Assembly (NCBI GenBank): GCA_963422635.1
Contig: OY730415.1
Span: 2,368,385-2,432,384 of the forward strand
Reading direction: 5' to 3'
Length of the DNA: 64,000 bases
Source: Dehalococcoidia bacterium
GTDB taxonomy: Bacteria; Chloroflexota; Dehalococcoidia; Lucifugimonadales; UBA3495
The notes below the pieces were generated by a model. That model saw nothing but the letters and a program-made list of their open reading frames with translations, did not search any database and was not told where the DNA came from. Below, one piece after another: positions 20,019 through 28,947 of the stretch. A program made the position numbers and the translations under genes. How positions within the stretch are numbered: the stretch's first letter is position 1; the number at the start of each line of letters is the position of its first letter.

Positions 20019-21230
20019 ATGGCGCAAACGGACTATTACGAGGTTTTGGGAGTCTCGCGACGAGATACGGAGGAGGAGATTCGCAAAGCCTTTCGCAAAA
20101 AGGCGATGGAATACCATCCGGACCGCAACAAAAGCCCCGATGCCGAGGACAAGTTCAAGGAAGTTAACGAAGCGTATCAGGTTTTGACTGACTCCAAGAA
20201 ACGGGACCAGTATGACCGGTACGGCCACGCCGGCGTTAATTCCGGCGGCGGTTTTGACCGTCCCTTTGACGGCTTTGACGTATTTGGCGGGTTCGGGGAT
20301 ATTTTCGATTCCTTCTTCGGGGACACCGGGGGGCGCCGCGCCCGCGGGCCCCAGCGGGGCGGCGACCTAAAACAAGCGGTTACCCTCTCCTTCGAAGAGG
20401 CTGCCTTTGGCGTGGAACGCGAGGTGGACATTTCCCGGGTCGAAATCTGCCACCAATGCTCTGGCGGCGGCAACGAACCGGGCACTTCGATTAAAACCTG
20501 CGGGACTTGCGGCGGCAACGGGCAGGTGCGGCGCACCCAGCGCAGCGTCTTCGGTCAGTTCGCCCAAGTTGCCTCTTGTCCGACTTGCCAGGGCCGGGGC
20601 AACGTCATCGAGACCCCTTGCGCCATCTGCCGGGGAGCCGGTATGGAGCGGCGCAAGCGCAAGACGCTGGTCAACATTCCCGCCGGAATCCAGGGGGGGA
20701 TGCAGGTGCGCCTGACCGGCGAGGGCAACGCCGGCAGTAAAGGCGGGCCGCCAGGCAATCTCTACATTCAGGTGGAGGTGCAACGACACGCCTTCTTTGA
20801 GCGGGAGGATTACGATCTGCTCTACGCCCTGCCCCTGAACGTAGCGGAGGCAGCTCTGGGGGTGGAAAAGAGCATCCCTACGCTGGATGGAGAACCCGCT
20901 CCGCTAAAGATTCCCTCGGGAACTCAGCCGGGGGCGGAGTTTCGTATCCTGGGCAAGGGCATATCCCACATCAACAACGGACGGCGGGGCGATTTGCGGG
21001 TCTTCGTGAACCTTCAGGTGCCGCAGAAACTCAACGCCCGTCAGCGGAAGCTGCTGGAGGAGTTGGCCCAATCCATAGACCCTAAATTTGAAGGCGAGGA
21101 CGCCCCGCTCTCAAACCAAACCGCTCAAGCCGCTACGGAAAAACCGGAAGACGCGGCGACAAGCGCCGAGGACGGCGCCGTCGGCAAGGAAAGGGGGCTT
21201 TTTGACCGGATTAAAGACGCTTTGGGCTAA
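20019..21230 (+). CDS. dnaJ: molecular chaperone DnaJ
   Basis: J domain with HPD (YYEVLGV...AMEYHPDRN), a G/F region, and four CxxCxGxG zinc-finger repeats. Confidence 0.95.
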   Translation: MAQTDYYEVLGVSRRDTEEEIRKAFRKKAMEYHPDRNKSPDAEDKFKEVNEAYQVLTDSKKRDQYDRYGHAGVNSGGGFDRPFDGFDVFGGFGDIFDSFFGDTGGRRARGPQRGGDLKQAVTLSFEEAAFGVEREVDISRVEICHQCSGGGNEPGTSIKTCGTCGGNGQVRRTQRSVFGQFAQVASCPTCQGRGNVIETPCAICRGAGMERRKRKTLVNIPAGIQGGMQVRLTGEGNAGSKGGPPGNLYIQVEVQRHAFFEREDYDLLYALPLNVAEAALGVEKSIPTLDGEPAPLKIPSGTQPGAEFRILGKGISHINNGRRGDLRVFVNLQVPQKLNARQRKLLEELAQSIDPKFEGEDAPLSNQTAQAATEKPEDAATSAEDGAVGKERGLFDRIKDALG

Positions 21231-21355
21231 AACCTCCCTTAGGCGCTGCGCTGCGCCACTGCGCCTGCCCGATGGCTTGGCGCAAAGTCCTTAATTATCG
21301 GGGAGGTTCCCCGTTCCTCCAGCGAGCGAGAAAGAGTTACCGGTATGATAATTAG

Positions 21356-21385
21356 AAACCCGGCAGACGCCTCGCCGGGTTTTTT
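21356..21385 (+). terminator. rho-independent terminator-like hairpin between dnaJ and prmA
   Basis: AAACCCGGC-AGACGCCTC-GCCGGGTTTTTT: a GC stem followed by a T6 run, ending 15 nt before the prmA ATG. Confidence 0.55.
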
Positions 21386-21400
21386 GATGAAGGGGGCAAT

Positions 21401-22261
21401 ATGTGGCAGGAAGTCAGCATTAGTGTGCCTTTTGAATACGTAGAGCCGATTTCCTACCTGTTTGACCGTTACGGTTACGGCCTTACCATGGAAGACGACG
21501 GCCCGGAGTTAATCAAGCTGCGCACCTATCTTCCGGGGGACGCCCGCCAACGGTTCTCCCATATTGAGGTGGGCGTCAACCTAGCCCGAATCCTTCAACC
21601 CCTCGGCGAGTTAACCGTCACTACTCTGGACAAGGACGAGGATTGGCAAAACGCCTGGAAGTCCCACTTTACCCTGCTGAAAATCGGACGGCGGCTAGTC
21701 ATAAAGCCCTCCTGGATCGAATATGAACCCAGCAAGGAAGAGATACTAATCGAACTGGACCCGGGGTTAGCCTTTGGCACCGGATATCACCCAACCACCG
21801 CCACTTGCCTGGAGACAATGGAGCAACTGGTGCAGCCTGGAATAAACGTCTTGGACCTAGGCTGCGGTTCCGGCATTTTGACCATTGCCGCCATCAAACT
21901 GGGGGCCGGCCAGGTAACCGCCCTCGACATTGACCCGCAGGCAATCCAGGCGTCCCGGCAGAACTTTCGCCGGGCCCGTATCCAAAAACAAGTCAGCCTC
22001 GACCAAGGCAGTTTGCCCCATCAGCTGGCGCCAGCTGGCGCCTTTGACCTGGCGCTGGCTAACATCTCGGCCCGAGGCATTCGGGAGCGGGCGCCTGACC
22101 TCCTGCCGGCCCTGCGACCCAGCGGTGTATTAGTCGCATCGGGAATCATCGAAGAGCAGCTCTCAGAAACGGAGGAGGCGCTGCTCCAAACCGGCTTTAC
22201 CGCCATCGAAGTATGGCCCAAAGAGGACTGGGCAACTCTGACCTGCCGGCCGGCGCAATAG
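21401..22261 (+). CDS. prmA: ribosomal protein L11 methyltransferase
   Basis: PrmA pattern (DPGLAFGTGYHPTT, VLDLGCGSGILTIAA), located downstream of dnaJ as in many genomes. Confidence 0.9.
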   Translation: MWQEVSISVPFEYVEPISYLFDRYGYGLTMEDDGPELIKLRTYLPGDARQRFSHIEVGVNLARILQPLGELTVTTLDKDEDWQNAWKSHFTLLKIGRRLVIKPSWIEYEPSKEEILIELDPGLAFGTGYHPTTATCLETMEQLVQPGINVLDLGCGSGILTIAAIKLGAGQVTALDIDPQAIQASRQNFRRARIQKQVSLDQGSLPHQLAPAGAFDLALANISARGIRERAPDLLPALRPSGVLVASGIIEEQLSETEEALLQTGFTAIEVWPKEDWATLTCRPAQ

Positions 22262-22299
22262 ACACCGGATATAACCCGGGCTAATATAAAAGAGAAATC

Positions 22300-23346
22300 A
22301 TGGAACTTGTTGACCTGAATCGCTACGAACTGACCGGGTTGCTGGGCAGCGGCGCCGATTATGAAGTGCGCGCCGCCGTTGACCAGGAAACCGGGGCGCA
22401 AGTTGTTATCAAGCGGCCGGCGCCTCAGATGATTTCCCGCCGGATGCACCTCGCGGTGGAAACCCGTACCGACCGCACCCTCCAGGTTTACGAAGAACTG
22501 GGCAACGCTATTCCTCAAATCTGTTCTATCTTAGGCTACACCGAACGGGCCAACCACGACGAATACTTTGGCGAATCTCTGGGCCAGGAATACCGGATAA
22601 TGGTGGCTCAGCGGGCAGCGGGCATTCCCCTGGCGGGCGATCCTCGGTCGCGTATCCTCCGAGTTCCCATCGGCTTGGGACAAAACCTCTTTTGCCTCTA
22701 CCCTCTAGGCTACCTGAACGGGGCGTCCCCTTTCCCGGTGCAGCAGCAGTTGCTGGACGCGGAGGAGCGGTTCTTCCAGGCGGGGTATGTATTGTTGGAT
22801 ATGGGGCCGCAGAACATCTTCTTTCAGCCGGCCAACGGGCGCATCGCCATTATTGACGCCGGGGCGCTGCTGACCGGGGACAACCAACGGGCGACCGGGA
22901 GCCGCGGGCCGCAGGATATTCACGATTTCTATCTGGAAACGCTGAAGTTCTACACTACCCTTCAGGAACCGCCAACGGACGTTGCCGGCTATCGGGACCC
23001 CTACGGACTGAGGCCGGTGGTAAACTTTGAGCAAGAACTGGAGGAAATGGCTCGTCATCTGTCGAACTGGTCAAAAGCGGACGAGACGGCCGCCCGGGAT
23101 GCCGGATTGCACCTGATTGACCGGGTGCGCAGCCGCAGCTACGCGGATTTCCCCGACTTCCGCCGCGACCTGACGGATTATTTAGCGGCAATCCAGGAAC
23201 GTAACCGGAATCTGACCAACCTGGAGGCGGTCCGCCGGACCTGGTCCGAGGCGTTGCGTCTCCTGCGGGAAGAGCATTGGCAGAAATATATCTTTGACCC
23301 GGAAACCGACTTGGCCGGCCTGACAACCTTCAACACTCTGTCTTAA
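22300..23346 (+). CDS. atypical protein-kinase-like protein
   Basis: Has a G-loop-like GLLGSGADYEV, a VVIKRP (VAIK-like) lysine, a catalytic-loop-like LLDMGPQNIFF, and IIDAG in place of DFG. There is no canonical HRD. Confidence 0.55.
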   Translation: MELVDLNRYELTGLLGSGADYEVRAAVDQETGAQVVIKRPAPQMISRRMHLAVETRTDRTLQVYEELGNAIPQICSILGYTERANHDEYFGESLGQEYRIMVAQRAAGIPLAGDPRSRILRVPIGLGQNLFCLYPLGYLNGASPFPVQQQLLDAEERFFQAGYVLLDMGPQNIFFQPANGRIAIIDAGALLTGDNQRATGSRGPQDIHDFYLETLKFYTTLQEPPTDVAGYRDPYGLRPVVNFEQELEEMARHLSNWSKADETAARDAGLHLIDRVRSRSYADFPDFRRDLTDYLAAIQERNRNLTNLEAVRRTWSEALRLLREEHWQKYIFDPETDLAGLTTFNTLS

Positions 23347-23384
23347 GGAAACGAACATTACATTCTTGAGTTAGAGGACGAAAT

Positions 23385-24071
23385 ATGACCACCAACATAC
23401 TTACCAGCGTTGTGGCAACTCTCTACGACAATTCCACCCACGGGGAAGATACCTATCTCATACGAGACTTGGGCGGCGGCCATTTTCTTGACGCGGTGAT
23501 GGACGGAGTAACCGGCCACGGCGGAGAGGAGGCCAGCCGCTCCGTCGCCGCGGCGCTGGAGGCGACGAATATCACCTCACCGGAGGACGTAGTGGCGGCG
23601 CTGGAGGAACAGAACGCCGACTTCTTCCAGGTTGGCGGCGGCCGATTCCTGCTAACCACCGTATCGGTAGCCTTATACTTGGGAGGGCCGGTTTACATCA
23701 TCAGCGCCGGAGACAGCCCGGTTTTTCACCTTCGGGGCGACGAATGCCGGCAACTCTCCGGGCGTATCGGGGGCATCCTCCGCATGGGTACGGCCAAGGC
23801 GATTGGAGCGGGCCAAGACTTGAACCTGCACCGGAGCGAAACAACCCTGGAACCGAACGACCGGCTGGTAACCGCCTCCGACGGCGTAACCGACAATGTC
23901 AACGCCGCCGAATTGGCTGACCTGGTACGGAACTCCGCCACGCCGGATGCGGCTTCAACTCAGATCAAGGAAACAATAGATGACCGGTTGAAACGGGGCA
24001 TTACCCCCGAATTGCTGGGCGGCCGGTTTCGACACGACGACCAAACCGCCATCTTCCGTTTTTTCGGTTAA
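23385..24071 (+). CDS. PP2C-family Ser/Thr phosphatase
   Basis: Metal-binding motifs MDGVTGHGG and TASDGVTDN. The gene lies 38 nt downstream of the kinase-like gene. Confidence 0.75.
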   Translation: MTTNILTSVVATLYDNSTHGEDTYLIRDLGGGHFLDAVMDGVTGHGGEEASRSVAAALEATNITSPEDVVAALEEQNADFFQVGGGRFLLTTVSVALYLGGPVYIISAGDSPVFHLRGDECRQLSGRIGGILRMGTAKAIGAGQDLNLHRSETTLEPNDRLVTASDGVTDNVNAAELADLVRNSATPDAASTQIKETIDDRLKRGITPELLGGRFRHDDQTAIFRFFG

Positions 24072-24341
24072 GCCGCGCCGAGAGGAGTAAGGTGAAGCGG
24101 GAGCCTATCGGCCCTCTCATTACTTTGACGCCTTGACCTCGACTTCTACCCATTCTACCCACTGAGAAGGACCGGGTAAGAAAAACGACGGTAAGAAACC
24201 GATAGGGGGCCGGTAACAACTAATAGCGGCCGGCTCTATCCCGCGCCTTTGAGCTTCTTGTTTGATAGGTGGGAAACTGTTACAATTCAGCGAGTCGACG
24301 GCCCAGCGCCGGGCCGTCGGGGCAAGATAAGGAGAGAAAGC

Positions 24342-25451
24342 TTGGGCAAGATAAAGGTAGCCATCATTGGCGTGGGTAACTGCGCCTCCTCCCTGGTTCA
24401 GGGTATTCACAAGTATGTGGAAATCCCCGTCAACGACGACATTCCCGGGGTGATGCACAACAAGATTGGCGACTACCGGATTGAAGACATTGAGGTAGTA
24501 GCCGCCTTTGACATTGACGAAAACAAGGTGGGAAAAGACCTCTCCGAGGCCATTTTCACCCAGCCCAATAACACCATAAAATTCTCCGAAGTTCCTCGCT
24601 TGGGCGTGCCGGTGGACCGAGGGATGACCCACGACGGGGTCGGCAAGTACGTTTCTCACTTGGTTAAGAAGTCGACTCACTCCACCGCCGACATTGCTGG
24701 CATCCTCAAGGAGCGGGAAGTTGACGTCGTAGTCAACTACTTGCCGGTAGGCAGCGAGATGGCTACCAAGTGGTATGCCGAGCAGATACTAGATGCCCGT
24801 TGCGCCATGATAAACTGCATCCCGGTGTTTATCGCCAGAGAAGAATACTGGCGCAACCGCTTCCATGAACGGGGCGTGCCAATAGTCGGCGACGACATTA
24901 AGTCTCAGGTAGGGGCTACCATCCTGCACCGGATACTAACCCGGCTGTTCGAAGACCGGGGCGCAAAAATCGAAAATACCTACCAGCTTAACTTTGGCGG
25001 CAACACCGATTTCTTGAATATGTTGGAACGGGAGCGGCTGGTGTCCAAGAAAATCTCCAAGACCGGCTCGGTAACGTCTCAGATGGACGAAGAGATAAAC
25101 GCCGACCAGATACATATCGGCCCCAGCGACCATGTGCCCTGGCTTCAGGACCGGAAATGGTGTTATATCCGAATGGAAGGCGAGGTATTTGGCGGGGCGC
25201 CGATTAACCTGGAAGCCAAGCTGGAAGTTTGGGACAGCCCCAACTCCGCCGGGGTGGTGGTGGACGCCATCCGCTGCGCCAAACTTGCTTTGGACCGGGG
25301 AGTCGGCGGCGCAATTGCCGGCCCCAGCGCATATTTCATGAAATCCCCGCCAACTCAATATACGGATGATGTGGCCCGAGACATGGTAGAATCCTTCATC
25401 AGAGGGGATGGTATAAAAGCAGAGGGCCGGTCCGAAACTCCCGAAGCGTGA
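24342..25451 (+). CDS. ino1: inositol-3-phosphate synthase (myo-inositol-1-phosphate synthase)
   Basis: [18 protein letters not shown] at the N-terminus, with Ino1 colinearity throughout. I favour the TTG at 24342, which has a GGAGAG RBS. The track ORF extends to 24249, which is the alternative start. Confidence 0.88.
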   Translation: MGKIKVAIIGVGNCASSLVQGIHKYVEIPVNDDIPGVMHNKIGDYRIEDIEVVAAFDIDENKVGKDLSEAIFTQPNNTIKFSEVPRLGVPVDRGMTHDGVGKYVSHLVKKSTHSTADIAGILKEREVDVVVNYLPVGSEMATKWYAEQILDARCAMINCIPVFIAREEYWRNRFHERGVPIVGDDIKSQVGATILHRILTRLFEDRGAKIENTYQLNFGGNTDFLNMLERERLVSKKISKTGSVTSQMDEEINADQIHIGPSDHVPWLQDRKWCYIRMEGEVFGGAPINLEAKLEVWDSPNSAGVVVDAIRCAKLALDRGVGGAIAGPSAYFMKSPPTQYTDDVARDMVESFIRGDGIKAEGRSETPEA

Positions 25452-25513
25452 ATCGGAAACCGCACCCCGCGCCCGCAGCGCCGCTGCCAATCCCGGAGGG
25501 CTGACAACCTACC

Positions 25514-26656
25514 TTGAAGATAGCAATGGTATCGCCCTACGACTTCACTTGGCCCGGGGGAGTAACGGCTCACGTATCCCAACTAGCCCACGAGCTGAAG
25601 CAGTCCGGGCACCAGGTCAAGGTATTGGCGCCCCATTCTCCAGCCCGGGAATGTATTGAGGTTGACACCTTTGTCCCCTTGGGGCGTTCCGTGCCGGTTC
25701 CCAGCGGCGGCTCCATTGCCCGGATTTCCCTGTCTTGGTGGCTCTATCGCCGGGTAAAAGACCTGCTAGAACAGGAGGCCTTCGACATCATTCACCTGCA
25801 CGAACCGCTGGCCCCGATTTTACCCCTCTGTGTCTTGGAATGCTCCAACACGGTGAACGTAGGCACCTTTCACGCCTACTATACCCGACAGCACCTGTAC
25901 CGCTTTAGCCAGCCGGTTTTGAAGCGGTGGCACCAGCGGTTGCACGGGGGAATCGCCGTTTCTCCCGCCGCCCACAAATACGTGCATAACTTCTTTCCGC
26001 GGGATTACCGGATAATCCCTAACGGAATAGACGTGGATCACTTTGCCAACGATGGGCCGAACCAGGTCCAGCCTTGGCCGGAGTTTCAAGACGGCAAAAC
26101 CAACATCCTCTTTGTAGGCCGAATGGAAAAACGCAAGGGGTTGAAATATCTCTTGGAGGCCTACAGCCGGTTAAAGTGGGAGCATCCCAGTATCCGACTG
26201 ATTGTGGTCGGGCCAGGCAACCTAGACAAGGATTCTCACCGGATCCTGAGCGCCTGCAACCCGCAGGATGTGGTGCTGGCCGGCGGTGTCCCTTACCAAG
26301 ACTTGCCCCGATACTATGCCTCCGCCGACATTTTTTGCTCCCCGGCTACCGGCCAAGAGAGTTTCGGCATTGTGCTTTTGGAGGCGATGGCCGCCGGCAA
26401 GCCGATAGTCGCCTCGGCGATTGAGGGATACTTGGGCATTATTCAGCCGGAGGAGCAGGGTTTACTCTTCCCCAGAAAGGACCCGGCGGCATTGGCCGAT
26501 ACCCTGGCAACCCTAATTAACGACCAGGCTCTGGCAGCCCGCATGGGAGCCACCGGGCGCAAAATGGTAGAACAATACCGCTGGACGGCGGTGGCTCAGC
26601 GGGTAGAAGCTTATTATCACGACTGTATTGCGATGACCAATGGCCATACCGGGTAG
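25514..26656 (+). CDS. GT4-family glycosyltransferase (PimA-like)
   Basis: GT-B fold pattern: N-terminus MVSPYDFTWPGGV..HV, and C-terminus E..G.VLLEAMAAGKPIV (EX7E region). Confidence 0.85.
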   Translation: MKIAMVSPYDFTWPGGVTAHVSQLAHELKQSGHQVKVLAPHSPARECIEVDTFVPLGRSVPVPSGGSIARISLSWWLYRRVKDLLEQEAFDIIHLHEPLAPILPLCVLECSNTVNVGTFHAYYTRQHLYRFSQPVLKRWHQRLHGGIAVSPAAHKYVHNFFPRDYRIIPNGIDVDHFANDGPNQVQPWPEFQDGKTNILFVGRMEKRKGLKYLLEAYSRLKWEHPSIRLIVVGPGNLDKDSHRILSACNPQDVVLAGGVPYQDLPRYYASADIFCSPATGQESFGIVLLEAMAAGKPIVASAIEGYLGIIQPEEQGLLFPRKDPAALADTLATLINDQALAARMGATGRKMVEQYRWTAVAQRVEAYYHDCIAMTNGHTG

Positions 26657-27269
26657 AGAACAGTTTCGGGCGGCGCTTTCCCGTTACGTTGAAGTACCGG
26701 GCGCCCGCCTGTTCCAGTCCTTGGGGTTTTCTCCCAATGCTATTACTTTGCTGGGCTTTGCTATCTGCATAGCGGCGGCTTACCTGGTTAGTTCCGGCTG
26801 GCTGCTGGTCGGCGGTATCGTCTTCCTGATAGGCGGCGGGCTAGACCTCTTCGACGGCTCCCTGGCCCGGATGACCGGCCGAGCCAGTTCCTTCGGCGCC
26901 CTGTTGGACTCCGTATTCGACCGTCTAGGCGAGGCTGCCCTGTTCGTCGGGATGAGCCTTTACATCCTGCAAGCCGGTTTCAGCGACAACTTTCTTCGGT
27001 TCTACATTTTTGTGTTGTTGCTGGCCTTGATTTTCTCCCAAGGAGTAAGTTATCTGCGGGCGCGAGGCGAGGGCCTCGGCGTCTTTACCCGATCCGGGCT
27101 GATGACCCGAACCGAGCGGGTCGTTATCCTGGGGGGTGGGCTGGTGGTTGATGGCCTGACCGGGTTCGCTGTGATGCCCTGGATTCTGTTAGTCATCGCC
27201 CTAGTGTCCTGTTTTACCCTGTTTCAACGGATGTTCACTATCCGGGGCCTGCTGGATGAGAGAGAGTAA
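26640..27269 (+). CDS. CDP-alcohol phosphatidyltransferase (PIP/PI-synthase-like)
   Basis: Signature DG-x2-AR-x8-G-x3-D-x3-D is present (LDLFDGSLARMTGRASSFGALLDSVFDRLGE). The protein is multi-TM. Its start overlaps the GT4 gene by 17 nt. Confidence 0.85.
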   Translation: MAIPGREQFRAALSRYVEVPGARLFQSLGFSPNAITLLGFAICIAAAYLVSSGWLLVGGIVFLIGGGLDLFDGSLARMTGRASSFGALLDSVFDRLGEAALFVGMSLYILQAGFSDNFLRFYIFVLLLALIFSQGVSYLRARGEGLGVFTRSGLMTRTERVVILGGGLVVDGLTGFAVMPWILLVIALVSCFTLFQRMFTIRGLLDERE

Positions 27270-27410
27270 GCCGGGGCCGGGTGTAAACCGGAGGGAAGTT
27301 GGGTTTGAAGCTTACTTGCGCCATTACTCAGCCCTCGGCAATTAGCCGATTGCAACAGGCCTAGCTAAAACGAACGCTACGCAAGGACTTGAGTCCGAAG
27401 GGAGGATAAA

Positions 27411-27884
27411 TTGCCTCAAGACTTGAAGGGAAACATGGACGGCCAGGGATTGAGGGTCGGCGTAGTAGTGGCGCGCTTCAACGACTTTGTTACTAGGCAG
27501 CTGCTGACCGGCGCGCTGGAAACGCTGGAACGCTACGGGGTGCGCGACGAGGATATCGGCGTAGCTTGGGTTCCTGGCTCCTTCGAACTGCCGGTGGTCG
27601 CCAAGACCTTGGCGCAAACTGGGCGATACGACTCGGTAATCTGCTTGGGGGCGGTAATCCGGGGCGAAACCGACCACTATGAAATGGTAGCCGGTCAGGC
27701 GGCCGGCGGCATCGCTTCCGTAGGGCTGGAAACCGGAGTGCCTGCCATCTTCGGTGTGCTGACGGCGGAGAATATGGACCAGGCCATCAACCGGGCCGGC
27801 GGCAAATCGGGGAACATCGGCAGCAACGCCGCCGCCGCCGCCGTCGAGACTGCCCGGTTAATCCAGTCCATCAAGACTGGATAA
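27411..27884 (+). CDS. ribH: 6,7-dimethyl-8-ribityllumazine synthase
   Basis: [16 protein letters not shown]...L...GV......WVPGSFELP and [12 protein letters not shown] motifs. The TTG start has GGGAGG upstream. Confidence 0.95.
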   Translation: MPQDLKGNMDGQGLRVGVVVARFNDFVTRQLLTGALETLERYGVRDEDIGVAWVPGSFELPVVAKTLAQTGRYDSVICLGAVIRGETDHYEMVAGQAAGGIASVGLETGVPAIFGVLTAENMDQAINRAGGKSGNIGSNAAAAAVETARLIQSIKTG

Positions 27885-28123
27885 TGCACCGGCGCAATTG
27901 CTCCTTACTACCCGCCATCCTCCGATGCGGTTCCAAGCAAAGCAAGGGAGCTAAAATCTGAAAGGGCGGACGGACAGAACCTTTCCTCATCGCAACGGAC
28001 TCGCCTCGGGACGCCTTCAGCGCGTCAATGGGTTCTGCCGGCAAGGGTTTAGAACCTTCCCTCTATTCAAGGTAACCGACTTGGGGCGAGCGGAAAGTAG
28101 TTGCCCTGACCGCGTCAGAGGTA

Positions 28124-28913
28124 TGAAACGAACTTCGGGGCAACCATACCCAACAACTGATGGATAGAAGATGTCAATGATGCCTTGACCTTTGGGCCGC
28201 TAGCCAGGGAACTGGACCATGACTCGGTATGGGTGATGGACCATCTGTTCAACAACGGCTACATCCGGGAACAACCGGATGCCAAACCTTACTACTATCC
28301 GCTGGCTACCCTTTCTTACTTGGCGGCCACTACCCGGCGGGCGCAACTGGGAAACTCGGCGCGGGCGCTGCCCTACCACCATCCAGTGGAATTGGTCAAA
28401 GATGCGCCACCCTGGGCATCGGCTTCGGAGCTATAACTGAAGAGTTCGCCGCCCTCGGCGCCCCTATGTCGGAACGGGGCGCGCTGACCAACGGAAACCT
28501 TCGGGTGATGCAGTATCTATGGCCTAACCCGGCGCCCAGCTATCACAGCCGTCGCTGGAATTTTGATGACCTGCGCTCTTCCCCAAGCCGGTGCAGCAGC
28601 CACGCATTCCCCTCTGGATTGGCGCCCAGCCCAGGATCCCGGCGCCGGGATCCTGGGCTGGGCGACGGCTGGCATCCCTCGGGCCTAACCCCGGAAGAAT
28701 ACGCCGCCGGACGTCGCTTCTACCTCTAGCAACCGAGCGGTTAATCGCGCCCGAATCCCCGGCGGCGACCGGGAAGAAACCGCCCTTTCCATCGCCGCCT
28801 ACCGGGACGCGAGGGTTGAACACCCGGTATTGGCCTTGAACACGGGCGATGTGGGGCGAATACGTTCGCTGATGGAAGAATTGGCGGAACCCGCCCTTCC
28901 CCAATTCCGTTAA
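28124..28913 (+). pseudogene. LLM-class (luciferase-like, F420/flavin-dependent) oxidoreductase pseudogene with multiple frameshifts and an in-frame stop
   Basis: LLM-like segments appear in three different frames. They are FGATIPNN(stop)..EDVNDALTFGPLARELDHDSVWVMDHLF...LPYHHPVELVK, then GIGFGAITEEFAALGAPMSERGALTNGNLRVMQYLW..PSYHSRRWNFDDL, then PKPVQQPRIPLWIGA / LGDGWHPSGLTPEEY, and finally a C-terminal AYRDAGVEHPVLAL segment. Confidence 0.75.
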
Positions 28914-28947
28914 GCGCCGGGAAGCGTCCAGCCGGAGTCGGCTACCC

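Noticed and set aside
27270-27410. FMN riboswitch upstream of ribH
   Set aside because: The 140-nt spacer lacks the conserved RFN segments (such as GGGGCAGGGTGAAATTCCC and AGTCTGGATGGGAGA). It is also too short for the element plus an expression platform.
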